Counted from the first letter of the stretch, positions 46,801 through 61,228 are shown. The stretch is DNA of 64,000 bases from Anaeromyces robustus (GCA_002104895.1 MCFG01000187.1:1-64000); one strand, 5' to 3'. The notes: generated from the sequence alone by a model not told the origin. Numbers and translations: made by a program.

Positions 46801-49656
46801 TGTTCATATTTCTGTTTCTACTACCATTAGAACCTTGACGATTACCCATATTTGGAACTTGATTAACCATTGGCATTGGATAACGGTAACCATTTGGACC
46901 CATTTGTTGACCCATTGGTGGCATACCTTGTGGACCAGGACCCATTTGCATACCTTGAGCCATTGGTGGCATTGGTTGTTGATTTATCATTTGTGGACCT
47001 GCAAAGTGACCACTAGGAACTCTCTTTTGCATTAAGTGATCATTTGGACCCTTCATAAGTGGTGGGTTTCTTTGCATATTCATATTAGCTGGATTGGAAC
47101 CTTGTCTTATCATTGGATTACCAGTAGGTGGGGTTTGTTTAACAGGTTGAATATGACTTGAACGCTTCTTGTCTTTATCACCAATCATAATTGAATCAAT
47201 ATCTTCTTGTTTAAGTTCATCTGGTCTGTAAATACATTTATCTTTAAATAATAATAAAAATTCTTTTGGATAATATGGAATATCCTTATCATTTTCTGGA
47301 ACCTTAATATTATCTGGATATTTAATTTTACGTACATCATGTTCTAAAATATATTCAGCATGTGGTTTTGGATATGGTTGTTTTACCTTATTTTGTGGTC
47401 TTTGTTGATTAATTGTTGACATTTTATTGACTTGGTTATTAACAATATTTCCCATAACCCCCATAACACCATTACTTTTCATAAATGGTGTTTCTTCTGG
47501 TTCTTTCATCAATTTATTATTAGTCTTTAATACAGATTTACCAATTGTACTTCCAGGCATATTTCCAAAGACATTATCTTTCTTAGTTTGTTCAGTCTTC
47601 TTTGGTGTTTGTGGTTTATTAGTATCAACAGGAGTTTTAGCTTTTTCTTTAGATTTGGTTTTATCGTCGGTAGGAGTTTCAGTTTCATCTTCTGTTTTAG
47701 TATCCAATTCTTTTTCATTCTTTTCAATTTTAACTTCTGGTTCTTGTGATTTTTCTTCCTTTTCTTCTTCCTTTTCTTCATCAGTTTCCTTTTCGTTAAT
47801 CTTTTCCTTTTCCTTTTCCTTTTCCTTTTCAGTAGCAGCAGCGCCAACAATTTTAACTTCTTCCTTAACTTCAACCTTTGGTTCTATTTTTTCCTTTTCT
47901 TCTGTTTTTTCTTCTTCTTTTGGCTTAACTTCTTTCTTTGGTGAAGATGGAACATTCTTCTTTTCTTCTTCTACCTTAACATTATTTTCTTTTGGAGTTT
48001 CAACAGGTTTTGGTGATTCTTTTTCTTTCTTTGATTCAGTAACTTCAAGTTCTTTAGATTCTTTTTCACCAATATTTTCAATTTTTAATGGTGAAGAAGT
48101 TGTAGCAGCATTAGCAGAAAGTGGAGTCTTAAGTGGTCCTTCTTTATTTGGTGATGTAATTTTAATAGAATTAGTTTTTTCACCGGATGGAGTAGCTGGG
48201 GCAGATGTAGATAGACCAGTTGTAACAGTTTGTGAAACTTTAGCATCCTTTTCTTTCATTACCTTATCATCATTGATTTGAGTTTCTTCCTTTTCACCAA
48301 TTTCACCACTTTTTTTAGATGAGTCTTTTTCAACTGCTGATGTAGGAGTAGAAGAAGATTTAGATGTTGTTGGAGTTGGCTTAGTTGGTGTTGAGGCTGC
48401 TGATTTCTTTTCATTTGTTTCTGTTTTGGTAGCAGACGAAGGAGTTTCATTCTTTTTATCCTCCTTTTTATCTTCTTGAGGTTTAACAATTTTAATGGCT
48501 TTGTTTCTTGGTTCAGGTGGAATATATTGTGCTGATTTTGTATATTGTTTTGGTTCTTTCTTAAAGTTAAGTTCCTCATTGTTATTTGGATTTGTAATTT
48601 TTACTTGTTTTGATGGACGATTTTGTCCTATATTTGGTACTATATATTGAGGTGGTGCCGGCGCCATAACAGGGGCATAATAAATAGTAGGTGGATAATA
48701 TATTGGTGAGGGTTGGTATATAACTTGTGGTGGGGATGGCATATCACCTCTTTGATTAGGTGGGAAATTCATTGGACCATATGGAGGAGCAGGTGGAGGA
48801 GGTTGATTCATTCTGTTATTTTGACGATTATTATATACAGAATTTCGTTGATTTGGATGCATATTTTGATGTTTATTATGTGGCATTTGTCCCTGGAATT
48901 GGTTATTATTCATGTGATTAGGTGGTGGGAAATGATTATTATGGGTCATATGATAATTATTAGTATGTACTTGGTATGGAGGATAGTTTGAATAGTTTTG
49001 ATTATTAAATTGTGCTGAATTTCTATTATTCATTGGATAATTATTTACATTCACATTATTATTTGGATTGTTACCCATATTATTATTATTTTGATTATTT
49101 TGGTTATTATTATTATTTTGATTATTATTAAAGTTATTATTATTCATGAATGGTTGCATATTTTGTTGTTGAGGTATTGGACCTTGATTTTGTTGTAATG
49201 GCATTGGTCGTGATTGCATTTGTTGACCACGTGGAGGATGCATTTGTCTTTGTTGATTATGAACTTGATGATGGGGTTGTACATGTTGATTTTGGTAGTG
49301 ATGATTACCTATATTTGAATTTACTTCGTTTTTCGGTTCTATATGTCCATTATTTTGTTTTCTTTGTTGCTGTATTATTGATGGTGGTGCTGAATGTGTA
49401 CGTGGAATCGTTTCATTAAAAACAGTAGCTATATTAGGATGATGCATCTATTATAATATATAAATTTTGTATAAAATTTGAATTTATTATTAATATTTTA
49501 AGTTAATTATAAAAAATTATATATAAAAAGAGATTTTATTTATTAATTATTTTAATAAAGTAATAATAATAACAATAACAATAATAATTATAATTATTAT
49601 TATAATTATTATAATAATTGTTATAATTAATCATTTTTTTTACGTTAATTATAAAA

Positions 49657-49687
<31 letters not shown>

Positions 49688-50546
49688 CTTACAGGTGCAG
49701 GTTGTTTAAGTTCATTATCATGTGTATTTAAAAAGCTTTTTTGATTATTACTTATATTATTATTATTGTTGTTATTATTGTTATTATTATTAGAGTTATT
49801 ATTATTGGTATTATTATTTTGATTTTGATTATTAGAGTCAGGTATAGTATTTGATTTATCTTGTTTAAAATGGAAATTATTACTTGATTTTTCTATTTTA
49901 TCATTATTAAAAGCATTTACATCTGGTTGTTCTACAACTGGACTATTTAATGAGGTATCAACTTTAACATCTACATCGTTGGATCCGACTGTTCCAAAAA
50001 TTATATTTTTTCCCATAGCTTTAAAATATATTCAAAAAAAAAAAAAAGAATAATTTTTATTATTTATTAATAAAAATTTAATAATATATATATTTTTATA
50101 TAAATATAACTAAAATAATAAATAATAAATAATAAATAATACTTACATTTTGGTTTATTTTTCATTAATCCTTTTTTATATCTTACAGGTACAGAATCAC
50201 CACCGTAGCTACCATTATTATTAGTACTACCACTACTACTACCACTATAATTGACAAATAAATAATTTTTTAATATATATTAGAAAAATATATTTTAATC
50301 ATTAAAATTTTTAACTTTTTATTTAAATTATATTATTATTATTATTTACCCTTGTATGGTTCTATTATTATTTGGCTTCTTTTTATTTCCTCCTTGACTT
50401 AAATTATTACTCATACTTTGTTGTGAATTACTTCCATATAAGGAATCGTTATTATTTGTACTATAGCGTTTTGAACTCATTTTTTTATTTAATTTTGAAT
50501 TATTTCTACTTAATGTTTCTTCGTATTTTGATTGTTTTGAAGCCAT
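43862..50546 (-). CDS. eIF4G: Translation initiation factor 4G (eIF4G), about 1936 aa, 6 coding exons; eIF4E-binding motif, MIF4G, MA3 and degenerate W2 domains
   Basis: Exons 50546-50350, 50244-50147, 50018-49693, 49447-45117, 44886-44207, 44040-43862 are in phase. YxxxxLL motif YPKEFLL (about 47252-47272). MIF4G: PLAKSENAWKP, RKVKGILNKLTYERF, FDKALDEPNFGSLYAELC, FRKLLLNKCQLEFE, RRSLGNIKFIGELFK, SRIRFMLQDVYELR, GPKTIAQIH. MA3: FKEYLSNNDKQEC and DIIYDVPK. Confidence 0.95.
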
Positions 50547-52216
50547 ATTACTTTAACGTATATATATTATTCTATTATAATAAATAATAAAAAATATAAA
50601 TAAAATATTTATTAATAAATTATTTACTAATTAATATAAAAAGGAAAAAAGTATAATAATAAAATACTATTTTAAATTATTATATTTTCATATTTTATTT
50701 TATTTTATTTTATTTTGTTTAAAACAATATTTAACTAATTTATTGATATATAATTCATAATTATTTTGTTGATGAGTGTATGATCAAATAATAATTTTGT
50801 TTTATGTAAACATATTATTTTAAGTATTTTTGTAAAAATAAAAGATTTATCATTTATTTATTCTATTAAGATCATAATAAAAAAAGTTAAGATTGATATA
50901 ACTTTTGTTTTATGTAAACATCTATATCAAAAAAAGTTAACTAATTTATTTATTTTTTATTTATTTATTTATTCATATTTAAAATTTACTGTATTTTTTT
51001 TTTTATGATTTTTTGTTATGTATTTACTACTTCTTTTTTAAATAAACAATATTCCAATGAATAAACAAAATATTTTACTTTTAATTGTTATACTATATAA
51101 TTTCAATATATATATTTATAAAAAGAAAAAATAAGAGTAGAAAGAAAAATATAATAATTAAATAAAAAAAAAAAAAATTAACCAAAACAATTAAAAAAAA
51201 AAACAAATATAATAATAAAATTAATATAAAATTATATTTACTTTAATGTATTATTCTTTATATTATTGTTTTTTAATTTATTATACTTCTTTATTATAAT
51301 CTAACTTTCTTAGATGTATTTATTTATAAATATTATAATATTATTTTATTAAAATAAAAAAAAAAGTGGTATTATTTTTTTTTCTATAATTTAGAAAAAA
51401 AATGGATGTTTTTTTTTTATTTAATAAAATAAATAAATAAATAATATTAAAGAAAGAAAAATTTTAAAGAAGTTATACAAGTACTGTATATAATTTGTAT
51501 TCTTTACTGTAAACTGTAGATATCTATAAAAAAAAGATAAAAGAATAAAAATAAAAAAAAATGATGATAATATTTTTTTTATTTTTAAGCTTTAGTCTTT
51601 TTTTTATAAATTTATATTAAAAAATATTGATTCTCTTATTATTTTTCCAAAAAAAATTAATAGATATTTGAAAAAAGATAATAGATTTGATTAAATTCTT
51701 TTTTATAACAAAAAATTAAAACTAATTGATAATGTATTATTAAAATTATTAATGTTTATATATGGTATTATTGTTTAATGTTGTATGCGCTTTATTTATA
51801 TTTTGATATGTTCATATATATAGATATATATAATATCTAAACTCTTATTATTTATATGAAGTATTTTTTTTTTTAAAAAAATAAGTAGTAATTTGATTTT
51901 AATAATAATAATAAAAAAAAATTACTTTTTTTTTATTATTATTATTATTTAAATCATAATATTTTTATTACTAAAAATATATAAAAAATAAGAAATAAAA
52001 AATTTTTTCCTTTCAGAAGAAAAAAATTTTTTAATATTTAGCAGCAAGAAAAAAAAAAAAAAAAGGAAGTTGAAAAATTTTTATAGTATTTTTTATTGAT
52101 AATGTAATAATAATATAATTATTATTAATAAAATTTATTATTTTATTTATTATTGATTTTTGATAAAATTTATAATTAATAATGGATAAACTTATAATAA
52201 TAATAATAATAATAAT

Positions 52217-52257
<41 letters not shown>

Positions 52258-52388
52258 AAATAAATAAATAAATTATTTTTATTTATTTATTATTGTTAAA
52301 TGATTTTTGATAAAAATTCTATATTAATAATGGATAAACTTATAAAAAAATAATAAATAAATAAATAAATAAACTTATAAAAAAATAA

Positions 52389-52439
<51 letters not shown>

Positions 52440-55400
52440 ATACAAAATTGTTATAATATTAGTAGTTGTCTTAATTGCTAAAAAAATGATAATTATTAAT
52501 TAATAATAATATAAATAATTTACAATTAAACAGTTATATCATGAATATTTATAATATCAATGCTAAATTATAATAATATTCTCGTAAAAATCATCTTTTC
52601 ATAATTTCTAGCAAAAAGTTATTTATACTAAAATCTAAGGATAAATTAGCATTATATTTTAAACCACTTTTACCATTAAGAACTTTCTTATAACCAAGTC
52701 ATATATATTTTTTCTTTTTTGAAATTATATTATATCTTTTTAATATTAATATTATATTATTTTTTAATTATTTCAATTGAAGGTATATATTTTAGAATTA
52801 TATTTCATTTCATTCATATATGTTATAAAATATATTAAAAATATATATAAATATCAATAAATAAATAGAAATTTTACTTTTATAGTAATATTCTATTTAT
52901 TTATTCCAATTATTAATAATTTTTTATTATATTTTATATATATTAAATATTGATATATATTATAAATAAATAATCAAAGAATATAATTATAAATAAAATA
53001 ATAAATCAATATGTGGTAAAATGAATCAATAAATAAATGATAAATAATAAATGAATAAATAAATAAATAAATAAAGAGTGATTTAATACATTTTTTATTA
53101 TATTAGTATTGATATATTTAATTATTCTTATATATTTATGTTATATATTATAGTCGATTGAAACAATTATAATATTAAATTAAACTTATTAACATTAAAT
53201 TTTAATTCTGTATGTTCAGAGATTATTGGTTAAACCATCCAATTAATGTAATGTTTTATATATCAATTACATAATTATATATTTAATGTAGTTTACATTT
53301 AATTCATGTAAAAATTTTTTAAGGGTACAAAAAAGGAATAAAAAAAAAAAAACATTTCAATATTTCAATGTATTTGTAATAAAACACAATATGACTTATA
53401 TAGAAAGTGTGTTATTAAAAGTATATGGCCACAATACATTTATTAAATCATAATGTTATATATTTAATAAAATTTAATTATATTTATTTTAATAAATGTT
53501 ATATGTTATACAAAATGTTAAAAATATATATTGTAAAATATAGATAAAGGAAATTAAATAATGGTTTTTTTTTTTTAATTTTTAATTTTTAATTTTTAAT
53601 TTATTAGAGTTGGATAATAAGATATATTAATTTTTCAAGGAAAGTAAAAAAACTATTATTATAAAAAGTTTTTTTTTTTAATTTTTGATTTTATTAAAGT
53701 TGTCTTTAACAATCATAGTAGTTTAATAATTAATATTTATTCTAATTTAATTGTGTTACTATAATTATCATTTAAGGAAAATATTTTCCATATACTAAAA
53801 CTAAAGTTTAATAAAAATCTTAAATATTTTTATTTATTACATACTTTTTTATATTTAAGATATTTTAAACTTTAAAAAAAGTAGTTGGGTTTTTTGTATA
53901 AAGTTTAAATAATCTTAAATTTTATAATTTTTTTTATAACAATAACCAAAACTAATTTTTTTTTTCTTATATAACTCTATTTCGTTTAAAAAAAAGTTTT
54001 CGTTCTGTAACGTATGACAATATTAAATCTATTAAGTATACTAATATTAAATTTATAATTATAGCTATTATTAATTGTTATAATATGGATTTCATAATTA
54101 TTATTCATTAATTTTTATTTAATAGATGAGTTTTATATCAATCTTTATATAATTTAAGAAATCAATTATGTATTACTTATTTGTTTTATTGTTACATCAC
54201 TACAGAATAGAATTAATCATCTATATAATTTACTATTAAAATTTAAAAATTTTATTTTTTTATCTATTAAATATTAATTATTATTAATTAATATTTAATA
54301 ATTTATATATTATATCCATAATTCTATTTTTTATTAGCATATATATACTAAAAATAAAAATTCTATCAATTATAGTTAAAAAATAATAATCTATTATTAA
54401 TAATATTACCATATATTCCTAATATAAAAGTAATAAATAATAAAAAAATGTCTTATTATAATAATAATCTATTTAACAATATATTTATTTTAATTATATA
54501 ATTAAAACCATAATATAAATAAATCAATTAATAATATTATATTATTAAATTTAAAGAAATTAAGAAGAATAAACCAAAAACAAAAAAAACAAAAAAAAAA
54601 AAGCAAAATAACAAAAATAATAAAATTTTAATTTAATCCTTATTCATTCATTAATTCTATTAATTTATTTAATTATTAGTATACATCTACTTATTTTTTA
54701 TATTATTTATTTATAAATTTATTTATATTTTATATTCTTTTATTTATTTATTATATTCTTTTTCTTTAGATTTAAATATATAAAATTATATTAATAATAT
54801 TTTAATTCAAAATTATATTAATATTAATATTACAATATTTATTGATTTAATTTAAATTAATTTGTGAATAATTTGATCTAATATACAATATTATCCTATC
54901 ATCGATTAGAATAATATTAGATACTATATATTATAAGTATACTCCATGTAATGTATTAATAATTGTTTTAAATAAATAAATTAATAAATAAATGTATAAA
55001 TAAATAAAAGACAAAATCAAATTAATTATATTATTATTATATTTATTAGTATATTATTAATATAACTATAATACAATTAATAATATATACAAATATTGAA
55101 ATAATAGATTTTTAATATATTTTTTATTAATATTATAATAATATAGAATGTTATAGTAAATTGAAAGTATTATTTTTAATATGTTATAAAAAGTTATTTT
55201 ATAATAATTTAGTTTGATTTTAATATATGTAAATCCTTTATATTCATTTATTCATTTCAATACATTAATTAAATTTATATATATATTTATATACAGCATT
55301 AATTAATTTTATATATTTATATACATTATTAATGTTTACATTTTATTTATTTTTTACTATCATTTTATGTAAAAAAAAAAAAAATTGTTATTTTCTATAT

Positions 55401-56325
55401 GGTTATTGGATATTATTAAAATATTAATATACAAATGATTATTATATATTGTCAATTATTAAATGATAGTTTTAATATAATAAATAAAAAATATTCACAT
55501 AATTTAAATTAATTTATAATTTATTCTTTATTATTATGGTTTATTATTTAATATAATATAAAAAAAATAAATATTATTCAGTTATATATATGTTAATGTT
55601 TAATGTAGTACGTTCAAAATTCTATTTTGACTGGTTTTTTTTCTATTTGTTTAAAAAATATTAAATTATATGTAAATAAATAAAAGGAAATAAATAAAAT
55701 ATAAAAAATATATAAATAAAATATATAAATAAATATAAATAAATAAAATATATAAAATATATATAAAATATATATAAATAAATATAAATAAATATAACTG
55801 GGTTTATGTATTTATATTAGGATATAAAACTTTTAAAACTAAATAATTTTATGGATGAAAATTATAAAAATTGTGTAATAGAATGTTATTCATATAATAT
55901 TTCTCATATATTTGTTAATATTATTTTTTAATTAAAACTATTGTATGATTTTACATGATTTGATTTTATATGAGCAGAAAGTTTATAGATTTATATACAT
56001 ATTTTTTTTTATTTTTATTTTATATTATTTTTTATTTTATTATTTTAATTAAAAAAAAAAAATAATAATAATAATTATTATGTATATGCCAAATAAAATA
56101 TTTAATAATAAATATTTAAAAAAAAAAATTTTATAATATATGATAATATAAAACATATATTTTGCGGTCATTAAAATTAAAATATTGATTATTAAATATT
56201 AATTATTATAATAAATAATAATAATAAAATAAAAATAAAAATAAAAATAATATATTCATTATACTAAAAAATTTTATTAATATATTAATTATAATATATT
56301 ATATATTATGTATAAATTTTATATT

Positions 56326-56369
56326 AAAGATCAATATAGATTAAGTTCTCTTATTAATTTTTATAATGA

Positions 56370-56416
<47 letters not shown>

Positions 56417-56950
56417 TAACTATGACTTATTTCTCTAAGAACAAGTTTTATGGATTTTATTTCGACGGAATTAAGAAGTGGTGTTTGACAATTTTTCGTG
56501 CAAAGTTGTTAGAGGAAGAGTCTCTAATAGTTCAAGTTCAAAAAGACTATCACGAATTAGCTAGTGATTTTATGATTTTGAGAAAACTTACAAGGATTTT
56601 TTTGAAGATAAAGCAGTAGGTGGTGTCTTTACCTGTTGGTATTGTGTTTTCTACTGCATTCTGTTCTGCTAGCAAACTGTATTGATCACGCCTTCCTTAG
56701 CGAAGCACGGTCGAAGCGTCGAAGCGTCGAAGCCGTGATCTGAATGCTTATGATAAGATGATAATTTGACTTAAAAACTACATCTGAAGTTTCTTCTTCA
56801 TCAATTACGGGTGATGTAGATCTGATATTTGTGATGCTAATTTTGTAAGAATGATAGAGCAAGAAAGAGATTTGTTGATGGGTATGCAGGAAAAATTGAA
56901 AATGCTTAAGAAAAAAAAAAAAGATTTCAGTGAATTATTTAGAGAATAAG
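56326..56950 (+). pseudogene. Decayed coding remnant (stops, frameshifts, microsatellite and hairpin insertions), possibly from a Polinton/Maverick-like element
   Basis: GC-richer intronless island. Protein-like pieces KDQYRLSSLINFYNEI, AKLLEEESLIVQVQKDYHELASDF, *VVSLPVGIVFSTAFCSASKL and SDICDANFVRMIEQERDLLMGMQEKLKMLK are separated by stops and frameshifts. Confidence 0.5.
56684..56740. mobile_element. GC-rich hairpin insert with internal (TCGAAGCG)x3 repeats; Helitron-3'-end-like fragment
   Basis: GATCACGCCTTC pairs with GAAGCCGTGATC (11 of 12). It contains GCGAAGCACGG, which resembles Helitron subterminal hairpin sequence, but no terminal CTRR is nearby. Confidence 0.4.
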
Positions 56951-57676
56951 AAATTACATTACAATAAGTAGTAGTAAGATAATGTCAAATTTGACAGTGT
57001 TGTCTATTGATGGTGTGTGTAGTGATAACAACAACATTTATAGTCAAATATTTACATCATTTGACTATAAATGAATAAATGAATAAATGAATAAATGATG
57101 GATATATTATCATGAAATAAATAATGAATTTAAATATTATTTTTATTTTACATTTTATATTTTATTTCATTCTATTTTATTTATTCTTTTTATTTTTATT
57201 TTTATTTTTATTTTTATTTTTATTTTTATTTTTATTTTTTTATTAGATATTATTGATTTTGGTATATAAATAATTCAATTGATTTAATTTTTTTTTGAAT
57301 TTGATAATAATAGCATTAATATATTTTTACTAATCAATTACTATTATTAAATGAATATAAATTAGAATTTTTTTTTCTTTTATATATATTTAATTTATTT
57401 TATTAAAAATTTCTTTAATTATTTCTTTCTTAGGAATAACTAAAATACTTTTCTATATATTATCGATTTTTAAATTTCTTTTTTTCTTTATTTTTTTTTT
57501 TTAATGTAGTGAAAATATATTATTATATATTTATACTTATATTTTATTAATAGAAATGTATTTTTTTTTTCATTAATTTTATTTATTATTTTTAAAATAA
57601 TAGAGTTATATGGAGATATATAAAGTTGATTATTAAAAAAATATGTTAAATTTGATGTTGAAAATATAGTAATAAT

Positions 57677-57754
57677 TTAATAAGACTCTCTAATGAATTT
57701 CCAGTATTTTCTTCTAATTTTGTCATATTCTTCTAATTTTGAACATAACTATTG

Positions 57755-57806
<52 letters not shown>

Positions 57807-57887
57807 AGATAATTTATATATTTAAAAATTACAAATATATTATAAAAAGAAAAATATATATATATTAGAATATTAGAATAGGATATT

Positions 57888-57922
<35 letters not shown>

Positions 57923-58219
57923 CTTTTAAATATTTTGAAATTTTTATAATAAGAGCATTTTTTTTTTTTTAATAATAATAATAATAGTATTATAAAAATA
58001 TATATTGTAATTTTTTTTTCTTACACTTCTACATATATCTTTTTGTTGTTCTTGTTCCTTTTCACTTTTGAGAGTTTTTAATATACTTTCATTAACTTTA
58101 AGTTGGAATTCAAGGGCATATTTATAAAATTCATTTCTTTGAAGAAATTCACAGAATGGTAGAAGTTCATCAGCAAATTCAGCTAATTCATATTTAGATT
58201 TTTCAATTATACTTTTTAG

Positions 58220-58279
<60 letters not shown>

Positions 58280-58797
58280 AAGATTATATTTGACAATTAT
58301 TTATAACCATGGAATAAATAAATCCATGGTATAAAAATTTATAATTTGTATAAAAATTTAATAGTAATATAAATATGTTAATTTATTATTTGTTTTCGTT
58401 GATTTATATATATATTTTTTATTTATTTAAATTTATATATGTATACCCTCTAAGATACATCCATGGACTTGGGTTAGTTGGGTCAAAATTTATTTTCTGT
58501 TTTGAAAATCTAATAAAAAAAGAATTATTTTAATAATGAATATTTTTTTTTTCTTTTTTTATTAAATGACATTGAAATTTTATTTATTAAAAATGATTCT
58601 ATAAAATACTATCATTACTAAACTTCATTATTATAAATAAATAATTAAATAAAAAGAATAAACTCTAATAGATATGATATGAATGACTGCATATATTTTT
58701 ATTATTCTCTTAATAATGTTCAGTAAATAATAGAATTTTATATTTTACTATCTACTTTTTTTTTTTTTTTTTTTTTTTATTTATTCAAATGCAGATA

Positions 58798-58876
<79 letters not shown>

Positions 58877-59401
58877 AGAGAACTCATATTCGTCTTACTC
58901 AATTTCATCCTTTAAGTATTCATTAATATCATGATATGGACTTTCAGATAATATAAAGAATCTATAATTCCAAGCAGCATTATTTCTATCATCATATTTA
59001 ACCATAGAAGTAGAAAATTCAAATTCTTCTTTCCATAAATCAAAATGTTTAACTATCCATTCTCTTATTATTAAATATATATATATATATATATTAATAT
59101 TAATAGTAAAAAAAATTATTTCGCTTATATATAATTTTTATAGCTTTTATATTATATAAATATTATTATTGTTTTTAAAAATATATACATATATATATTA
59201 CTTTATTCAATATAATTACCTATATGACCATGCATGATAATTTTTTAAATCGTCACCTTTTAGCATTTCTTCAATAAATTTTAATTCATTTAAAGGATCA
59301 TTTAATTTTTCAATAATTAGTTGACGGTAATGCCTATTAGAGTAATATATTTTATAATTAATATACAATTTTTTAAATAAAAAAAAAAAGATATGGATAT
59401 A

Positions 59402-59438
<37 letters not shown>

Positions 59439-59814
59439 TTTCATGACATCTTTATTCTTATTCTTATTTTTATGAATATAATAATATTTATATTTATATT
59501 TTATTATTAAAATTAATGAAAAATATACAAATTTATATATGAATACTTTTTGATGTATTATCAATTTATAAAGAACATTAAATAAAATATTTATAATTAA
59601 ACTATATATATTTTAATAGTATAATGAAATTATAAATATCATTAATTAATACAAATAAAATAATTTTTTTATTAAAAAATATACCATAATTGATAGCATT
59701 TTGGATTTTCCTTTGCATAATTAGTAAATAAATCTAATTCTGATTTTAAATCAACATTCAATTCTTTAACAATTTCTTGTCTATATTTCCTATATTAAAA
59801 TTTTATTTTATTAT

Positions 59815-59893
<79 letters not shown>

Positions 59894-60545
59894 CTTTTAA
59901 TTAAATAACAATATTATTTTTTACCATATGACATAATTGGAAGGACTCATAGCAATAATTTCTTCAGTTAATTTTAATGCTCTTTCACTTTTTTCATTAT
60001 TCTTCATTAAAGTACGAAGAATATCCATTTTTTCTGAATCTATTAATATTTTATGAATAAATTATAAGAAAGACATTAAAGAGTATTATTATTATTATGA
60101 TAAAAGAAGTCAATTTTGAAAGATAGTATATTATATTATTCTATTTAATTCAATATATTTTCATTCTTTTTTTTTTTTTTTTTTTTTTAAAGAATTTTTT
60201 TTACAAATTTCATTATTGTTTTTTTTTTATTGAAATTAAACAATTTAAAAAATATTTTGTCAAATTTATAGTTATATATATATTATTTTATTTATATACT
60301 CTAAAAAATACTTTGAATGTGATTTTATTTTATCAAATTACTGTTCAAACAAAAATTTATTTTTCATCTTTATTTAAGATATATAAAATATTATATATAT
60401 ATATTAGAAATTATATATATATATTTTTCTCTTTCTTTTGAAATTTACATTCAATTGAATATGAAATTGGAACTACACTATATGGCCCTTCATCTTGAAG
60501 TGTTCTTTCAACATCAGCCCATTCTTGTTCTGTAACTGTTTCCAT
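57677..60545 (-). CDS. RAM2: Protein farnesyltransferase/geranylgeranyltransferase type-I alpha subunit, about 305 aa, 8 exons
   Basis: Exons 60545-60449, 60039-59925, 59789-59685, 59333-59220, 59063-58899, 58509-58447, 58211-58025, 57748-57677 are in phase. Motifs: EWADVERTLQDEGPYSVVPISYS, EKSERALKLT, PPTA repeats PSNYVIWKYR, NPKCYQLWHYR, KNYHAWSYREW, RNNAAWNYRFF, PTNPSPWMYLRG, and the end YDKIRRKYW. Missed by the ORF track. Confidence 0.95.
58798..58877. repeat. (TAAA)n microsatellite inside a RAM2 intron
   Basis: Directly visible. Confidence 0.85.
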
Positions 60546-61185
60546 TTTTTATAATTTTTTTTTAAAAAAAAAATAAAATTCTAAAAAAAAAATAATATAT
60601 ATATATTAATAATTAATAATTATATATAATATATTAAACATTTTTTTTATTATTAAACATTTTTTTTTATTTAATGTTAAATGTAAAACTATTATATTAT
60701 TAATTACATGAGATTTTCTATTTGCAATTATTTTATTTAATTTTTTTTTTTTTTTTTTTTTAAAATTTTATTTTTTTTTTTTTTTAAAAAAAAATTTTTA
60801 ATTAAAATTTTAATAATTATTATACATATTTAAAATTTATTAATATAATTTATTATGCTATAATATTTTAATTCAATTCAAATAACATATTCATATTATA
60901 ACTTTTTTGTTTTATATTTAAAACAGATATAGTTTTAATATAATGTTATATATATTAAAACTTATTTATTAATATTTTAAACTTAATTATAATAGGATTT
61001 ATATTTTAATTATTAGTTTTTATTTCTTTAATTATAAAAATGAATAAGAATATATGAAAAATAAAAATAAAAATAAAAATATATATATATTGAGTGAAAA
61101 AAAATAGAAAATGAAAATGATATATATAAAACCAAAAATTGAACTGATAAGATATGAAATTGATATGTGTTGAATATGAAAAAAA

Positions 61186-61228
<43 letters not shown>

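Noticed and set aside
44389..49419. Antisense and alternate-frame ORFs overlapping eIF4G (e.g. 47427-48281 +), and similar shadows over WNK, the DUF4189-like gene and the 547-aa gene
   Set aside because: They are shadow ORFs produced by the codon bias of the real genes.
52140..52390. Duplicated attaataatggataaacttataa blocks upstream of eIF4G
   Set aside because: It is a local slippage duplication embedded in (TAAA)n, with no evidence of function.
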